Below are positions 13,734-26,514 of a stretch of DNA of 64,000 nt, in pieces (within the stretch, counting starts at the first letter, position 1; every line of letters begins with the position of its first letter). This stretch comes from Lingula anatina. Its lineage: Eukaryota > Animalia > Brachiopoda. Below the pieces are notes generated by a model, which was not told the origin of the DNA, searched no databases, and saw only the letters and a program-made list of their open reading frames with translations. The stretch is from assembly GCA_051362555.1 (NCBI GenBank), contig CM120644.1, forward strand, positions 21,970,534 through 22,034,533. Reading direction: 5' to 3'. The translations under genes and the position numbers were made by a program.

Positions 13734-16700
13734 TTATGCGCCCAATGCAATCAGATATACAGACAACGGAAGAACCAAACGTGAAACCCCGCCAAAACGC
13801 CACGTCACGGCATTTCCGGTCACGTTGTCCGCCGCCGCTGGCGTCCCTGAAGTCGTGGACACAAGGACAGTGGCCGGCTCAGGGGAGGCAGTTGAAGGGT
13901 CCACAGAAGTTCCGTTATTTCCCGAAGGCGTCGAGAGCGTGTTGTTAACGCCTGTTGTACTGGTTGACGCCGTAACGGAACCATTCAACGCCTGCGGTGC
14001 CGCTTCAGTTGTTGTGACTGTTGTATCAGACAGAGTTGATGAAGCTGTTGTATTTTGACCTACTGTCTGCGACCCAGTTGGTGGTGTTTGTGTTGTTGTT
14101 GACGCAGCGCTCGTTGTTGTCGAATCCCCGGTTGTTGGCACAGACACCGGGATAGTAGCATTTGCAGATGACGGAGTTACCGTTGCGTTGGGACTCACTG
14201 CAGTCGTAGCCGGTGAAGAAGTTGGTGCACTGGTTGGTGTAGTAGCTGTTGTCGGTAATTTTGTTGACTTTGTTTCCTTGGCGGTCGTCGAGGCACTGGT
14301 TGTAGCAGCAGCTGTTTTTGGCGGGATGGTTGTACTCTCTGTGCTCTTTGTGACCTGCGTAGAAGATTCCGTGGAATTTGGTTTGGTGACGACGGTTGTA
14401 GGAGTAGAACTGGCGGTGGTGGTGGTGGACGCTGAGGTGGTGGTTTTTGCAGTAGGAGTAGTAGTAGTATCAGGGGTAGTTGTAGTAGCTGAGGTAGGTG
14501 TACTGAATGTAGTACTGGTAGTTTGTGCTGTGGATGTTGTGGGTGCTGTTGTTGTCGTTGTTGTGGGTATTGTAGTTGTAGGAGGTGGTGAAGTTGTTGT
14601 GATAGTTGTAGAGGGAGCTGGGGTTTTTGGTGGCACTGTAGTAGTAGTTGTTGTTGTAGTTGTTGTAGTTGCTGTAGTTTTTGGTGGTTCTGCAGTTGTT
14701 GCTTTTGGTGTTGTAGTTGTAGAAGGTGCAGTAGTTTTTGGCGGTAATGTGGTTGTTGCTGTTGTTTCTGTAAGGTTTATAGTTGTAGTGCGTGTAGCAG
14801 TTGTGCTGGCTGTTGTAGCTGTTGTGGGGGTAGAGGTTGTGGTAGGAGTAGTGGATGTTGTTGTAGTTGGTGCAGTAGTTGTAGTAAGTGTACTTGTTGT
14901 TGTAGGTATTGGTGTAGTAGTTGTAGGGGGTGTGGTAGTAGTAGTTGTAGTATGTGTAGTAGTAGTAGTAGTTGTTGTTGTAGGTGTAGTAGTAATTGTA
15001 GTGGGTATAGAAGTTGTACTGGGTGTGGTAGTAGTAGTAGTTGTAGTAGGTGTAGTAGTAGTAGTAGTTGTAGTAGGTGTAGTAGTAATTGTAGTGGGTA
15101 TAGAAGTTGTACTGGGTGTGGTAGTAGTAGTAGTTGTAGTAGGTGTAGTAGTAGTTGTAATAGGTGTAGTAGTAATTGTAGTGGGTATAGAAGTTGCACT
15201 GGGTGTGGTAGTAGTCGTTGTAGTAGGTGGGGTAGTAGTAGTGGTATTTGTTGTAGTAAGTGCAGCTGTTGGAGTATATGTAGAAGCAGTAGTTGTAGTG
15301 GGTTTAGTAGTTGTAGTAGGTGCAGTAGTAGTTGTAGTAGGTGCAGTAGTTGGCACAGTGGTAGTACTTGCTGTGGTCGTTGTTGCTGTTATGACAGAAC
15401 TTCTCTGTGCAACCCAGAACGTATCATACTGCCTCAAAATGGTGGCACTGAAATTAAAATAATATTTTACATTACTATATTATCACTTACGAAGTGCTAG
15501 GGGGTCGTAGCTTACGGTGTCTACACCATGATTCTTATATATATGCCATTAAAACAGGAATACTTCTGCATAAATACTAAGGGCGTATTCCCAGAGCTTT
15601 TAGATCGATCTATCCCCGCGGGGAGTCTCACTAGATTACTGTCAGATAATCCGGCTTAAATGTCCGTCCAGCCTACTACAAGCTGTAAGGGGGTAATTAA
15701 CTTTCGTGCCCGCTCGGCTGACAGCTATTTAGCATGAACCGTTAGGGAGTTAGGTGGATCTAAAGTAGATCGATCTAATCTCTGGAATGGGGTCTAAGAC
15801 TGGGTTTCTACACCTAGATCAATCTAACAGGATCGATCCATCTCCAAGGGTTTTCTCGCTAAATTGCTCTCAGCTTAAGTGGCTTAGATCTATGGCACGC
15901 CTACTGAAGCTTCTAAACGATAATTAATTACCCCCTACCATATTCAGTAGGCGAGACATACATCTAGTGCCGCTTAAGTTGATTGCAATTTAGCAAGAAT
16001 CCCTTTGGAGAAAGATCGATCCACAGTTAGTACGTTAGGGTCTGGGAATGGTCCCTTACACAAACTCTATATCCTCTTCACCACTAGATGGAGCTGTCCA
16101 CTGAAAGCTGAGATCTGATTTGTCGCTACTATCCACGTGACCGACTGCATCGTCGCTGTCCGTGCAGGAGATGGTGCCTGTACCGGAAGCGGAAGTCGTC
16201 CAGGTGCCCCGCCTCGTGTTTGCTCCGGACACCCGTGCTTGAAGAAAGAGCCCTCGAAATGTGTCCCCAGATATGGTCACTATGAAAATTAAATGATTGG
16301 TTAAAAGTTAATGAATGCCATATTTCACCCCATTTCCATAGATTTTTAGATCGATCTATCCCTGTGGGGAGTCTCACTAGATTACTGTCAGCTTAGCCGG
16401 CTTAAGCGTCTGTCCCGCCTACTCAAAGCTGTAAGGGGGTAATTAACTATGGTGCCCGCTCGGCTGACTGCAATTTAGCGTGTAACCCCAGGGAGTTAGG
16501 TCGATCTAAATCTTAATCTTTAGAACGATCTCTCCAATATTGTCATTATTATCCTCCACTTTTCCATATTTGGCGAATGACAAATTCTTCATCAATTTTT
16601 ATTTTGTTTCAGCTGGTAGAAAAAGCACAAGGCCAACAGTGTAGGCCTACAATGTACGTAGCATACAGTTTGTGTCCAAGTTTCAGCTAGCCGAGGATGG

Positions 16701-17478
16701 CATCAGTTGAAATACTATTTTCAGTTAGCTCTGAAAGAAGCCGTTAATACCTGGCAATATCGGGCTTATGACGTCACTGGAGTGAGAGAGGTGTAGGGCT
16801 AACAAATAACCTTTTTTGTCAAAAGTTGGTATAAAAAACTTCAAACCAATAGTTATATACGTACTAGTACATGTAGTGCGTACTTTGATGTAGGATAATG
16901 ATCAGTATTCCATCTAAATGTGGGTGTCAAGTTTGTGTTAGTCTCTCATAGTTCTTTATAGTACTGCCTTGTTGTAATGACTGTTTTAAATTTTATTGTT
17001 TTTATTTTTTTACCTTTATGGGTGAGGTTTAGATAAAATATACAAACAAATGAACTATAAGAAGTACAGATTGTTTTAGACCGCCAGTCACACAGCCTTA
17101 TCGGCTACATATACTACACATTTACATTCGCTTAGAAGTTAAAACTGGTAGATCATAGCTTTTTGTTAAAATGGAACCATAAAGATTTATGAAAATCTGG
17201 CAATGTATAAAACCATTAAGTACTATATAAAATGATAAGAAAAATATTAAAAATTATAAAATAATTTATGAAAATCTCTCCCCGTTACCTGTAAGTGTTC
17301 CGCCAGGCAGGTACGTGTTCCCAGACACTGAAATGGTGTAGGGGCTGGGGGAGGTCTGTGCTGGGCTTCCATGCCCCGGGGTCAACGAGTCACACCGGCT
17401 GGTCGGGGGTCCAATGGAATAGGAGCGGACGCTGTACACCATCAGGAGCAGGCAGGTGTGAGCGGTCAGCGAGAACAT
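13734..17478 (-). CDS. Reeler-domain protein 2 with long mucin-like Thr-rich stalk and GPI-like tail; complement(join(13734..15447,16060..16279,17289..17478)), 707 aa
   Basis: Exons of 190+220+1714=2124 nt join in frame through GT-AG introns, with the same phases and the same 220-nt middle exon as paralogue 1. Signal peptide MFSLTAHTCLLLMVYSVRS; Reeler motifs YSIGPP..C..L.P.H, FRGLFLQAR, AVGH, FQWTAP, EFVATIL...FW. About 520 aa Thr/Pro/Ser stalk; ends GVSRLVLPLSVYLIALGA*. Confidence 0.92.
14940..15240 (-). repeat. Coding tandem repeat (about 3 units, PSTTSIPTTITTTP plus poly-Thr) in the mucin stalk
   Basis: gtagtaattgtagtgggtatagaagttg(t/c)actgggtgtggtagtagt recurs near 14989, 15082 and 15169, separated by variable (gta)n runs. 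Confidence 0.9.
15581..15794 (+). mobile_element. MITE family A, copy 2 (intron 2 of Reeler gene 2)
   Basis: TAA-GGGCGTATTCCCAGAG...CTCTGGAATGGGGTC-TAA; near-identical to the 25620 and 40858 copies. Confidence 0.9.
15798..16055. mobile_element. Related, more diverged foldback MITE abutting copy 2 and the exon-2 splice donor
   Basis: Internal inverted repeat gatcgatccatctccaagggttttctcgctaaattgc / gcaatttagcaagaatccctttggagaaagatcgatc. Shares GATCGATC, GCCTACT and AATTACCCCCT motifs with family A. Confidence 0.7.
16326..16513 (+). mobile_element. MITE family A, subfamily B copy (intron 1 of Reeler gene 2, right end truncated)
   Basis: Reverse complement of the 35055 copy; diagnostic gcttagccggcttaagcgtctgtc core. 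Confidence 0.85.
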
Positions 17479-18595
17479 GGTGGCTGGAGAGTGGACACTG
17501 TAGTGATGTACTGGTAATGGTCGCTGTTGGTGATTTCGTCTTTATCTGGAGAAAATATGACAGAGGCGTGATTCAGTGCGAGAGGCGGGGAGAGGGGAGT
17601 ATGACGTGAACTTGGCGGTCTTCAACTGTGTGCAAAACCGCTAGAGGAGCGAACACTGGTTGAAAAACGCTAACCGCGATTATTTAATCTATCTTTAACT
17701 GAATAATCGTGAAATAATGAATCACTCCTAGGTGTGGCTAAGTTGGCTAACTCACTTCATATTGTGCGCAAATCTATATGAAGTTGGAAAAACAGTGGAC
17801 ACTGGCCAGCTGTGCCTTATTTAGCCCACTCTGTGACCCTAGTTTCAGTTGTTCATAATTTTGGACTAAAATGAATCCGTGCGGTAGACGAGTAATGTCA
17901 TCACAAGATCTAGACGTCAGCTGTGTGCAAAACAAAGCTATCCGTGCAATATTAACCTATTTGACCCAGGCCTAATCATACCCTCCACTAGGACCACAGG
18001 TTTATTTTTTCAGTAGATATTCGCAGATATGTTTCTAAATAAATGATGGTTCTTTTCTGCACTGCGTCAGAGAAAAGTGCACATTATTATTTGCGAACCA
18101 GGTAGAGGGTAGCCCAATCGCGGGAATTTAGTTGTCTTCAATTCCCCTTTATTATTATTATTATTATTTTGTTGTGGTGTTGAAAACGTACATCATATCG
18201 AAGGAGACTATCACCCTGTCTTACACAACACTCTGTGCACCACTGTACAACATCGTAATTGTTATCGTAATGGCTTTTGTTGTAATTTATCAAGGCATAA
18301 GTGTCTTTCGAAGAGTCATACTACAGCGCTCCCTCGAATGGGCATTTTGATAAATATACTGACACAAGTTATAACAAGGGAATCATTTGGTGACAATTTA
18401 ATCTAATAGCCATATTTTTAGAAATTGCATCTCTCATTATTATTGTCTTTCTCAGTAAAAGCTAGGCCTTTTTTTGCTGCACGCAAATAAAGAATACGCC
18501 TGCTCACATTAAGAAAAAATATTTGGGCGTCAAATAATTTTTAACTCCCACTAGACCCTGTAAGGCGTGCATTTGTGTTTTTCTACGTGTGCGCG

Positions 18596-18597
<2 letters not shown>

Positions 18598-18662
<65 letters not shown>

Positions 18663-18672
18663 TAGAGAGAGA
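18598..18672. repeat. Compound (TG)n(AG)n microsatellite; representative of many SSRs, e.g. (AAAT)n 881-920, (AAT)n 8565-8617, (CA)n 11616-11656, (CT)n(CA)n 25191-25256 and 50462-50530
   Basis: Directly visible simple repeats. Confidence 0.95.
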
Positions 18673-18872
18673 ACGTGAGAACGTAAGAACGTGCTTGTGT
18701 GTAAGTGTGAGTGTGTATGATTATGCGCGTGAGTGAGTGCGGGTTTTTGTTCTAGTTCTAGTGCAGATACAAAGTATAGAAATTATGCCAAATTATAATT
18801 TTCTCTCTCTGACTTTGACAGGGAGTACGACATGCTTTCTTGACCCACTATATATTTGTCACTGCTGAGTAA

Positions 18873-19129
18873 GGCTTCGTTCACATGCAATGTCTATTTT
18901 CTAAATTCTATTTTCTATTCGCGCTATCTTATGATCACGGTCTGTGCACTGAATATCCCGCCGCGTAATTACTGGCAGCGCGAGCCAGTTACTATAAGTT
19001 ACTATAAGTAACTGGCTCGCGCTGCCAGTAATTACGCGGCGGGATATTCAGTGCACAGACCGTGATCATAAGACATGCCGCAAATAGAAAATAGAATTTA
19101 GAAAATAGACATTGCATGTGAACGAAGCC
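18873..19129. mobile_element. 257 bp near-perfect palindromic (foldback) element, PIF/Harbinger-type MITE
   Basis: TAA-GGCTTCGTTCACATGCAATG...CATTGCATGTGAACGAAGCC-TAA. The arms are complementary along their length except one small internal mismatch patch; loop about 13 nt. Confidence 0.9.
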
Positions 19130-19513
19130 TAAAAAGTGGTGTTATTGCAGTAGTTTCACATTGTGATGTTATCAGTATTATGAGGGGCACCATCAAGCCA
19201 TAAAAGCCGATTTATCCGTTCATCTCATGACAGTACAGTTTACGGTGCACTGCCTTGGTGTTAGTTAGTGTCATTTACCACTGTTGTAAGACAAAAGACC
19301 CTAGGACGTCACAATACATGTGGGAACGGAACTGAAGACACTGTTAAGCCGATTAAACTGGGGAACACGTGTGTCAGCGGGAAGTTTACTTCCAAAATAC
19401 AAAGAAGGAAATGAAGAAAGCAAATATGTAAAGGATCTGTGCTGCTTTGGGAAAATTTGACGACAGCGTCGTTATTCTTTTTTATCATCTAAATGTTCAT
19501 TTATTATCAATTT

Positions 19514-19570
<57 letters not shown>

Positions 19571-20110
19571 GTGGTAAACAGTGAAAGATAGAGGGAGAGA
19601 GAGAGGCACAGCAGGTTTAAAGAAAAGTTATGATTTATAAGGCCAGCATGATTTACGAACAAACAAAAGGACCCCCGGGCTATTGTCTACAGGTTCAGTT
19701 TCTGATGTACATATAGCCCTACATGTAGCTTATATTCAAGGTGTGAAATAACCCAAACGAGACAGTGATAATATCTCTCGCCAAATTCCTTAACCTAGCT
19801 TTTAAGAAAAGAAACTGTGCTACATCTTCGAGAGTAGTCTTTCAATTTATTAACCTTCCACTTAGTGATGTCTATGGCTGTAAATAATTACTGTAAATAT
19901 CAAGGTTCATTTCACATAGTAGGAAACAGGCTCGTGCGTAATAAATATCTATATCTTAGTCATGTATACAATACTTGTAGTATGATGCTAGCGTACTATC
20001 AGTGCTGTGAGTAGTTGACTCGGCATTAAGACCGCACCTAGCTTATGGTTATGAAATACTGGAATAACGGTACCTTTGTATATATGTAATTTTGGTGCTA
20101 TTTATCTATG

Positions 20111-20154
<44 letters not shown>

Positions 20155-21893
20155 TACTTTATCTATGTACATTTTCACCAGCTCAGTGTGGCGCAGAAAA
20201 TATGAATAAAGCATATTTTATATATATGAAAGCAAGTAAATTGTCATTACTAGCCCAACTTTTAAAGTTTAATTTTGCGTACAGCAAAACATCTTTTTAA
20301 GAAATATCTCAAGCTATTTACAATACAGTATTTTATCAACGTTTATAACTTATAATAGATTTCATTTTCAGTGGAAGCCGTTTTACGGTAATTAACTGTA
20401 TTAATTTATGAGATTTATCTTTGTTTTTGGAGGGATTGATGATAATCATTTAAAACCAATTTTTTTTCTGCATCAACACGTAGCGAGGTCAGGGACTGTT
20501 ATACCTTATTTTATGTAAACAAGGTGATCAAATTTAAGATGACTGTCGTGGTCACTACGGCCAGAGAGGCATTAACGCATTTCGTTCGAGTAGATTAAAT
20601 AGTATGTTGACTTGGAAAACTTTTGTTGCAAAGTTGTGAAAGAATGATTATTACAAAAAGTGTACATTTCATCTGGTATTTAGTTAAAGTCATGAAAAGC
20701 GCGAAGGAAAACTCTTTCTAAAGATGTACATGTATATGACACATTGACCCTGGTAGAGGGTAATAATTTACCACTATTCTGTCTTTAGGATGAGGGTTTT
20801 GTCACGTTCATCCCCCACCCCCACCCCCACGACAATAGAACTCATCATTTTGACCGGGACCCTTATAATAACATTACGTAAGTCATTATACCCGAAAGGA
20901 TTTCCGCAGTTAAGAAGGAAATTGTTTGTCGTGTTTCCACTCCCACTGTCAACTTAACACGTTAATATCTACTCATCACCAGTGTGGATCATAGCTTTTA
21001 ATTCTAATTCTCAATTTTAACTCGTGTCACCTGTTCGTTACGTAGAGTAATACATCCACAAATCTGTATGCATTTTCGTGTTTTGATAAAGGTATCCACT
21101 GTAGTACTTAAAATGACATTTTTATAATGTAGATAATTTAGATGTTTTTGCATTTTAGTTTATTTCTTTACTTTATTTGAAATATGTCGGTTTTATCCTA
21201 ATATATACAATTTAACTGCTTGTAGATGTAATGAAGAGACACCATTAAAAGTTTCTGGCTTTAGGACGCAGCCTACTTAAAACCTACCCTCTCAGGGCCA
21301 CAGATTGATTTTTCACATGTACATCTCTGCCTAATTCATGACAATTTTTCTACTGTAAGAAGTTTACACGGCATTAATTACACCACTCAGTTGTTGTCTA
21401 GTATTGAACACTCTAGTTCCCACTTTGAGAAGTAGCAGTGTACACATAGCTGTGACTAGGTTCTACCAGTTAACTTCCCTGTACAATATAATAGCTAACG
21501 TGGTAACCTACGCTTTTGTCATTCAATACAACACAAGTTAAATAAAAACCAATAGTGTCACTGTTTAACATTTGGTAATATAGGAACTGTATCACTTGTA
21601 AGCGGTGATGAGGTTGTTCATTAATGATTGAATTAAAGTGATCAAAATAACATAAAACTATAAGAACTTATTTAGACATTAATTAGAATTACTCATTTCA
21701 AAATTACCATCACTCCGACCGAAAGTATGATTAACACAGAAACCGTACTATAATGTTTGGGATGGGTTATCAGAATTTCATCAAATATAATCTCCTGAGT
21801 GTTTATCAGTGTCCATTTCTTTACGCTCCATATACTTTATATTAACACAGAAGTTCCAATAAAGAAATTTCCACAAATAAAATTCGCCCTTAC

Positions 21894-21990
21894 CTTTAAG
21901 TGTTAAGACGTCCGCTGTGTTTTCCCCAGTGTTGACGGAGTGGCTGAGCGCGAGAGAATGACTCCTGTGCGTCGTGTGATGAGGCAATCT
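21894..21990 (-). other. Candidate non-coding first exon of Reeler gene 2
   Basis: Strong minus-strand donor AAG|gtaagg at 21894/21893. The first coding exon of gene 2 begins at an acceptor (ttttctccag|17545) 67 nt before the ATG, so an upstream exon is expected. The 5' boundary is a guess. Confidence 0.35.
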
Positions 21991-22645
21991 CTCCCCCCTA
22001 GGATGGCTTCACGCCTCAAGGGACGAATGATCACGCCTGAGTCACACCGCTGACCCTCTCCCGCAGACCTTTGTTTTCCCATTTCCGTTGATGTTTTGTT
22101 TCATTTGTTTTCATTATCTGCGAAAAGATTAGATGGTCTTTGGTTGTGTAACGCTTAACAAGTTAAAATAATAGTTTCTTCTTATATAAAAGACTGTACT
22201 TCTCAAGTGTTAACTCTAAACTTGGACGTATACAGCGATTTAGTCCAAGAAAAATTTATCGCCCTTTTGTGATGGGTCAATGCACTATGTTAATTGTGAA
22301 TTTTATTATCCAAATTTTATCATCAAAAATGATGAAAAATATAAATGATAGGAAAAACAAATAGTTCAGGGATATTTTATAATTGTTTATTCATTTAATG
22401 GTCAATTGAAGCTATGCAAGGTAAAACGAATCAACAGACAGCCTTCGCCACAAACAGCGAGGAAATGTTACACTGTTTATCTCGAAATTTTACCCTTTTA
22501 ACTCAAAGCATTTAATCCGATAGATATTCCGGACATTTTGCTATTTCAGTAAAATGGTTGGAGATGATGTTATACAACTGCAATCAGGTTTATTGGTTTT
22601 CATGATAATCACGAATAGGACTGCGAGAATTGACACCATGGTTGA

Positions 22646-22991
22646 AGGGATAATAACTCTTTGTATGACTTCTATATTTTACAATAAAAACTTTGTGAAC
22701 AACTCATAGAAATATAATATATTCTGTTTTACCACAAAAACGGCAGTTATAGCTATTAATCTGATATCTGAGCTTGTCTTTAGACCACGTGACCTCCATT
22801 GATGGCTATACTCTGTTATAATCTCTTAAGAGATTATTACAAAAAAAAAAAAAAAAAAACTTTTTAGAATAAAAACCAGGGACTAACTTTGAATGTAAAA
22901 ATGGATACAGTAACCATTGGTAAGTTTGGGAAAATTGTTGTTTACTCCAGGAAAATTCATTTTTTGGCCAGAACGAAGAGTTATTATCCCT
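22646..22991 (+). mobile_element. ~340 bp MITE with AGGGATAATAACTCTT terminal inverted repeats (Kolobok-like), copy 1
   Basis: TTGA-AGGGATAATAACTCTT...AAGAGTTATTATCCCT-TTAA; reverse complement of 26515-26851. Confidence 0.85.
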
Positions 22992-23300
22992 TTAATTGAT
23001 TAAGAAAATGAAAATAAAAGACATGCACGCACGTGTGCTGATAGAGAAATATGTCGCCACTGTCACATGCTGTCATGACGGCTTTTATTTTTAATCTTTC
23101 CCACATCTGAAAGTGGAAGGCTGTGTGTAGATGTTAAAATTACTGACATACTTAACATATTTATGTGATTAAACGTTTTAATGTTTTCAGGGCTGCATGT
23201 TTACTTGTAGCTTGTCCACAATATAGCTACAATGAGGTGGTTTTAACTTTAAATTGTCGTCGTGAAGGTACAGTGCTATTTGTTTTAACTATATTAAAAA

Positions 23301-23363
23301 AATGAAATGCAAGGTGTAGGAAGTTTAGAATGAAATGCAAGGTGTAGGAAGTTTAGAATGAAA
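23301..23363. repeat. 28-bp direct tandem duplication
   Basis: aatgaaatgcaaggtgtaggaagtttag occurs twice, followed by a partial third unit. Confidence 0.9.
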
Positions 23364-24184
23364 GATGTATCTTAACCAGTTCCTTTCATTATTCACTCTG
23401 TTACAAAGTTTTAAGTTTTTCTGTCACGGTTGGCATTTACCAGTATCGATCTTTATAACCATATTGACAAAAAATAAATAAATTAAATAAATAAATAAAT
23501 AAGTAAAAAAAGTTTTAACAGATCGTAATTCCTTAAACGACTTTTGATGTGGGATAAAACGGTGATAAAAGGAAAAAAACGTGTTAGAAATTTCAGGAAA
23601 ATTCAGTTTTGCTATATAAAGACCAACAGCTCAATGAGAGTTTTTAATTTGAGCAGTTTGTTGAGAGTAAAGTAGAGGTAAATTAAAGCAAAGTGCTTGC
23701 ACACCACACTCCTAATGCGTCTTTGTGCGGTTTACAATGGACCACTGGTCATTTTTGGTCCTGAATACAGACTGGGTGTAGACGTTCCCCCCTCCCTTGG
23801 GAAGGTGCAGTCTGATTAAGTAGTTTTCGGTGCATGAATGATATTGTATTGTTTCGGACCACATGTTTATAGCAGGCAAAACCAAAAAATGCCATATAGC
23901 ACCTCAGCCAGCGCAACACCTAGCACAATCAACATTCCTGGCACAGCTATTGCAATCAACATTTCCTTCCAAGGGGGTTGAACTCTCAAGAATGAGATAT
24001 GTAAAGTACGCTGATAAGTCTGGTATTTTGTCTCTCTTACACACAGTATAATTGAAATAATAAATGAACAAAGATACTACATATCTTGGCTTTTTTGGTG
24101 TCAAATGTGCCCATAAAATATAATACAGGTACAAGAGCTGAGCCTTCTTATGCCCCGATGTGGTGAGCATTCCAACGCACACTA

Positions 24185-24630
24185 AATCCAGAGCCTATTG
24201 CCAATTCAAAAATACATTTGAAAAAGAAAAATATCTAGACGTTCTTCATGATACTGATAAAAGAAAAAAACCTAAGTTGTTTTCGCACCAGTGGGCATAA
24301 ACTCCACATTGAAACAGGCAGATACAATAACACTCGTCGGACCGATAGAATATGCCATTACTGTTCTAAAGACAAAATTGAAGATGAAAAAACACTTTCT
24401 CAAAACATGCCCTCTATACAACGACCTGCGCTCAATATTATATAAGGTAATTACAAAACAATATACACATTTTGGCCTCAAAACAACTGATGAAAAATTT
24501 ACTATCACTATGAAATGTCAAGAGGAAGAAACCCTTTTGCACTAGCTTCGTTTTTCTCCTCCACTTTTGCTAGGCGGGATCTAGAAGACAGTGCCGCACC
24601 CATCGGCAATTGAGTAGTAGTAATAGAAAC

Positions 24631-24671
<41 letters not shown>

Positions 24672-24800
24672 TATGCAAATAGTCTTACTCATAGTGATTG
24701 TTTAAGTAGCATATTCACTAAAATTATATTTATATTGTCATTTTTATCCACCCAGGTGGATGTATATGTTACAGTGAAATAAACTACTATAAACTACTTA
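24185..24800 (+). mobile_element. 5'-truncated non-LTR retrotransposon (RTE-X-like) 3' end, frameshifted
   Basis: Joining frames gives ...FEKEKYL...LSCFRTSGHKLHIETGRYNNTRRTDRICHYCSKDKIEDEKHFLKTCPLYNDLR, the C-terminal CCHC-type motif that follows RT in such LINEs. Frameshifts fall in A-runs. Ends with AATAAA and a short (taaactac) repeat tail near 24780-24800. Confidence 0.8.
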
Positions 24801-25190
24801 ACACAATGCCAGAATTATTAGCGTATTTCACGTGCTTCCATCTTTGAGTTGAAAACCCCTTTCATTCCGGATCAACTGGGCACAGCTCCCTGTTCTTTGA
24901 AAATCAAAAACTTATACGTCAGATGAAATTGTAAACTATTTTCAAAAGCACACATGTGAAATTTGAATAACGTGCATGTATGTGCCCCTAATTTAATTTG
25001 GTTCGCAACTCATAGTTAATTTTAAGGGTTTTCTTTATTCCTCGGATACTAATGTCTCAAAGTCATGCGACATTCCGTGGTATCTTTATGAGCTTAAACT
25101 ATCAGCCCTGCTCACGAAATTCTACAAAATATATGTGCCACTTACATATAACTCCGTCATGCTAGAAATGACGGGGAGGTGACTCTTCTA

Positions 25191-25256
<66 letters not shown>

Positions 25257-25619
25257 TACGCGCGCGCGCGCGCTCACATTACATGTTTAAGTTTTCATTC
25301 ACTTTAACTACATAAACTACATACAATTTTTATCTATCAACTGGACAAGGTGGGGGTCAAGGGGGGGGGGGGTAAGGTTCGCCAGTGTTTCTCCATGTAC
25401 CCATACAATTAAAAGTCACCGAATATATGTCGGCAAATATGGCAGTATAACGTATAACTTCGTGTAGGGGATCATGACTTATCATTTTGGTCGACTTTTT
25501 GGTGGTTTATCATCTGCACTTTTCATTACTATCATAAAATTGGAATGCGTTCATGAATTGTGTCCATATTAGGGTGAATAGAGCAGACGACAGTTTCCGA
25601 ACATCAAGCACGTCCCTTA

Positions 25620-25834
25620 GGCTGTATTCCCAGAGCTTTTAGATCGATCTATCCCCGCGGGGAGTCTCACTAGATTACTGTCAGATAATCCGGCTTAAAT
25701 GTCCGTCCCGCCTACTACAAGCTGTAAGGGGGTAATTAACTTTTGTGTCCGCTCGGCTGACAGCTATTTAGCGTGAACCCCCAGGGAGTTAGGTCGATCT
25801 AAACTAGATCGATCTAATCTCTGGAAATGGGGTC
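25620..25834 (+). mobile_element. MITE family A, copy 4
   Basis: TTA-GGCTGTATTCCCAGAG...CTCTGGAAATGGGGTC-TTA; perfect 3-bp target duplication. Confidence 0.9.
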
Positions 25835-26514
25835 TTAGACTACATTTCGGTTTCGGGAAAAGTACAGTTTGTCCAGAACTCCATGGTGCTGCCGCAGGAG
25901 GGTCGTTTCTGGTAAGCTGGTTATAGAAACCAAAGTAAAAATTGCCTTATGTGGACGAAAAAATTTTGATAATGGCAAAGTAATCCAAGAGAAAAAAGAC
26001 ATTGAAATTGTGCAAGCCAGCTACAAAATAGTAAATAAGACACGACAGAACTTTTTGGCATAGTTAGTTAAATAGATTTAATTTGACAATACCGGTTTTA
26101 ACATTAATTATATAGCAACTTCTTTCTAACCTGGAAGAAGTTAAAAAGAGACCTCAAGTGCTTTTTACAGACTTTAATAGAAGCACAGCTTTTTTATCGT
26201 TACAGAGAAAACAGAGTCTATCTTCTAATTTTTTGTTAACAAATCGGCCTGTTTCCACATATAATGAAAGAACTGATCTGAACTGCGCCATGATTGATTT
26301 TTCTACAGGTTTTAATTTATACTTAACATAATTTTCTCACTAAGTTTTCTTTAAGTTTTCTATAGACCCTTAACTTGGGCTTCCTTCCATTGTCTCTCTT
26401 GCGGTTTGAATATTATATCCTTTATAACGCCAACATCACAAGAAACTAATTCATTAAACTAATGCCCCATTTCACAAACGGCTAAAACTTGAGAGACCGG
26501 AGCACACCAATTAA

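Noticed and set aside
14188-15500. 424-aa Val-rich and 182-aa Cys/Ser-rich plus-strand ORFs, and a 140-aa Leu/Gln minus-strand ORF
   Set aside because: Antisense or alternative-frame shadows of the (ACN)n Thr-rich exon of Reeler gene 2.
25880-25902. TGCCGCAGGAG resembling the 3' half of miR-252
   Set aside because: The seed is absent and there is no precursor hairpin; I recognised no conserved bilaterian miRNA in the window.
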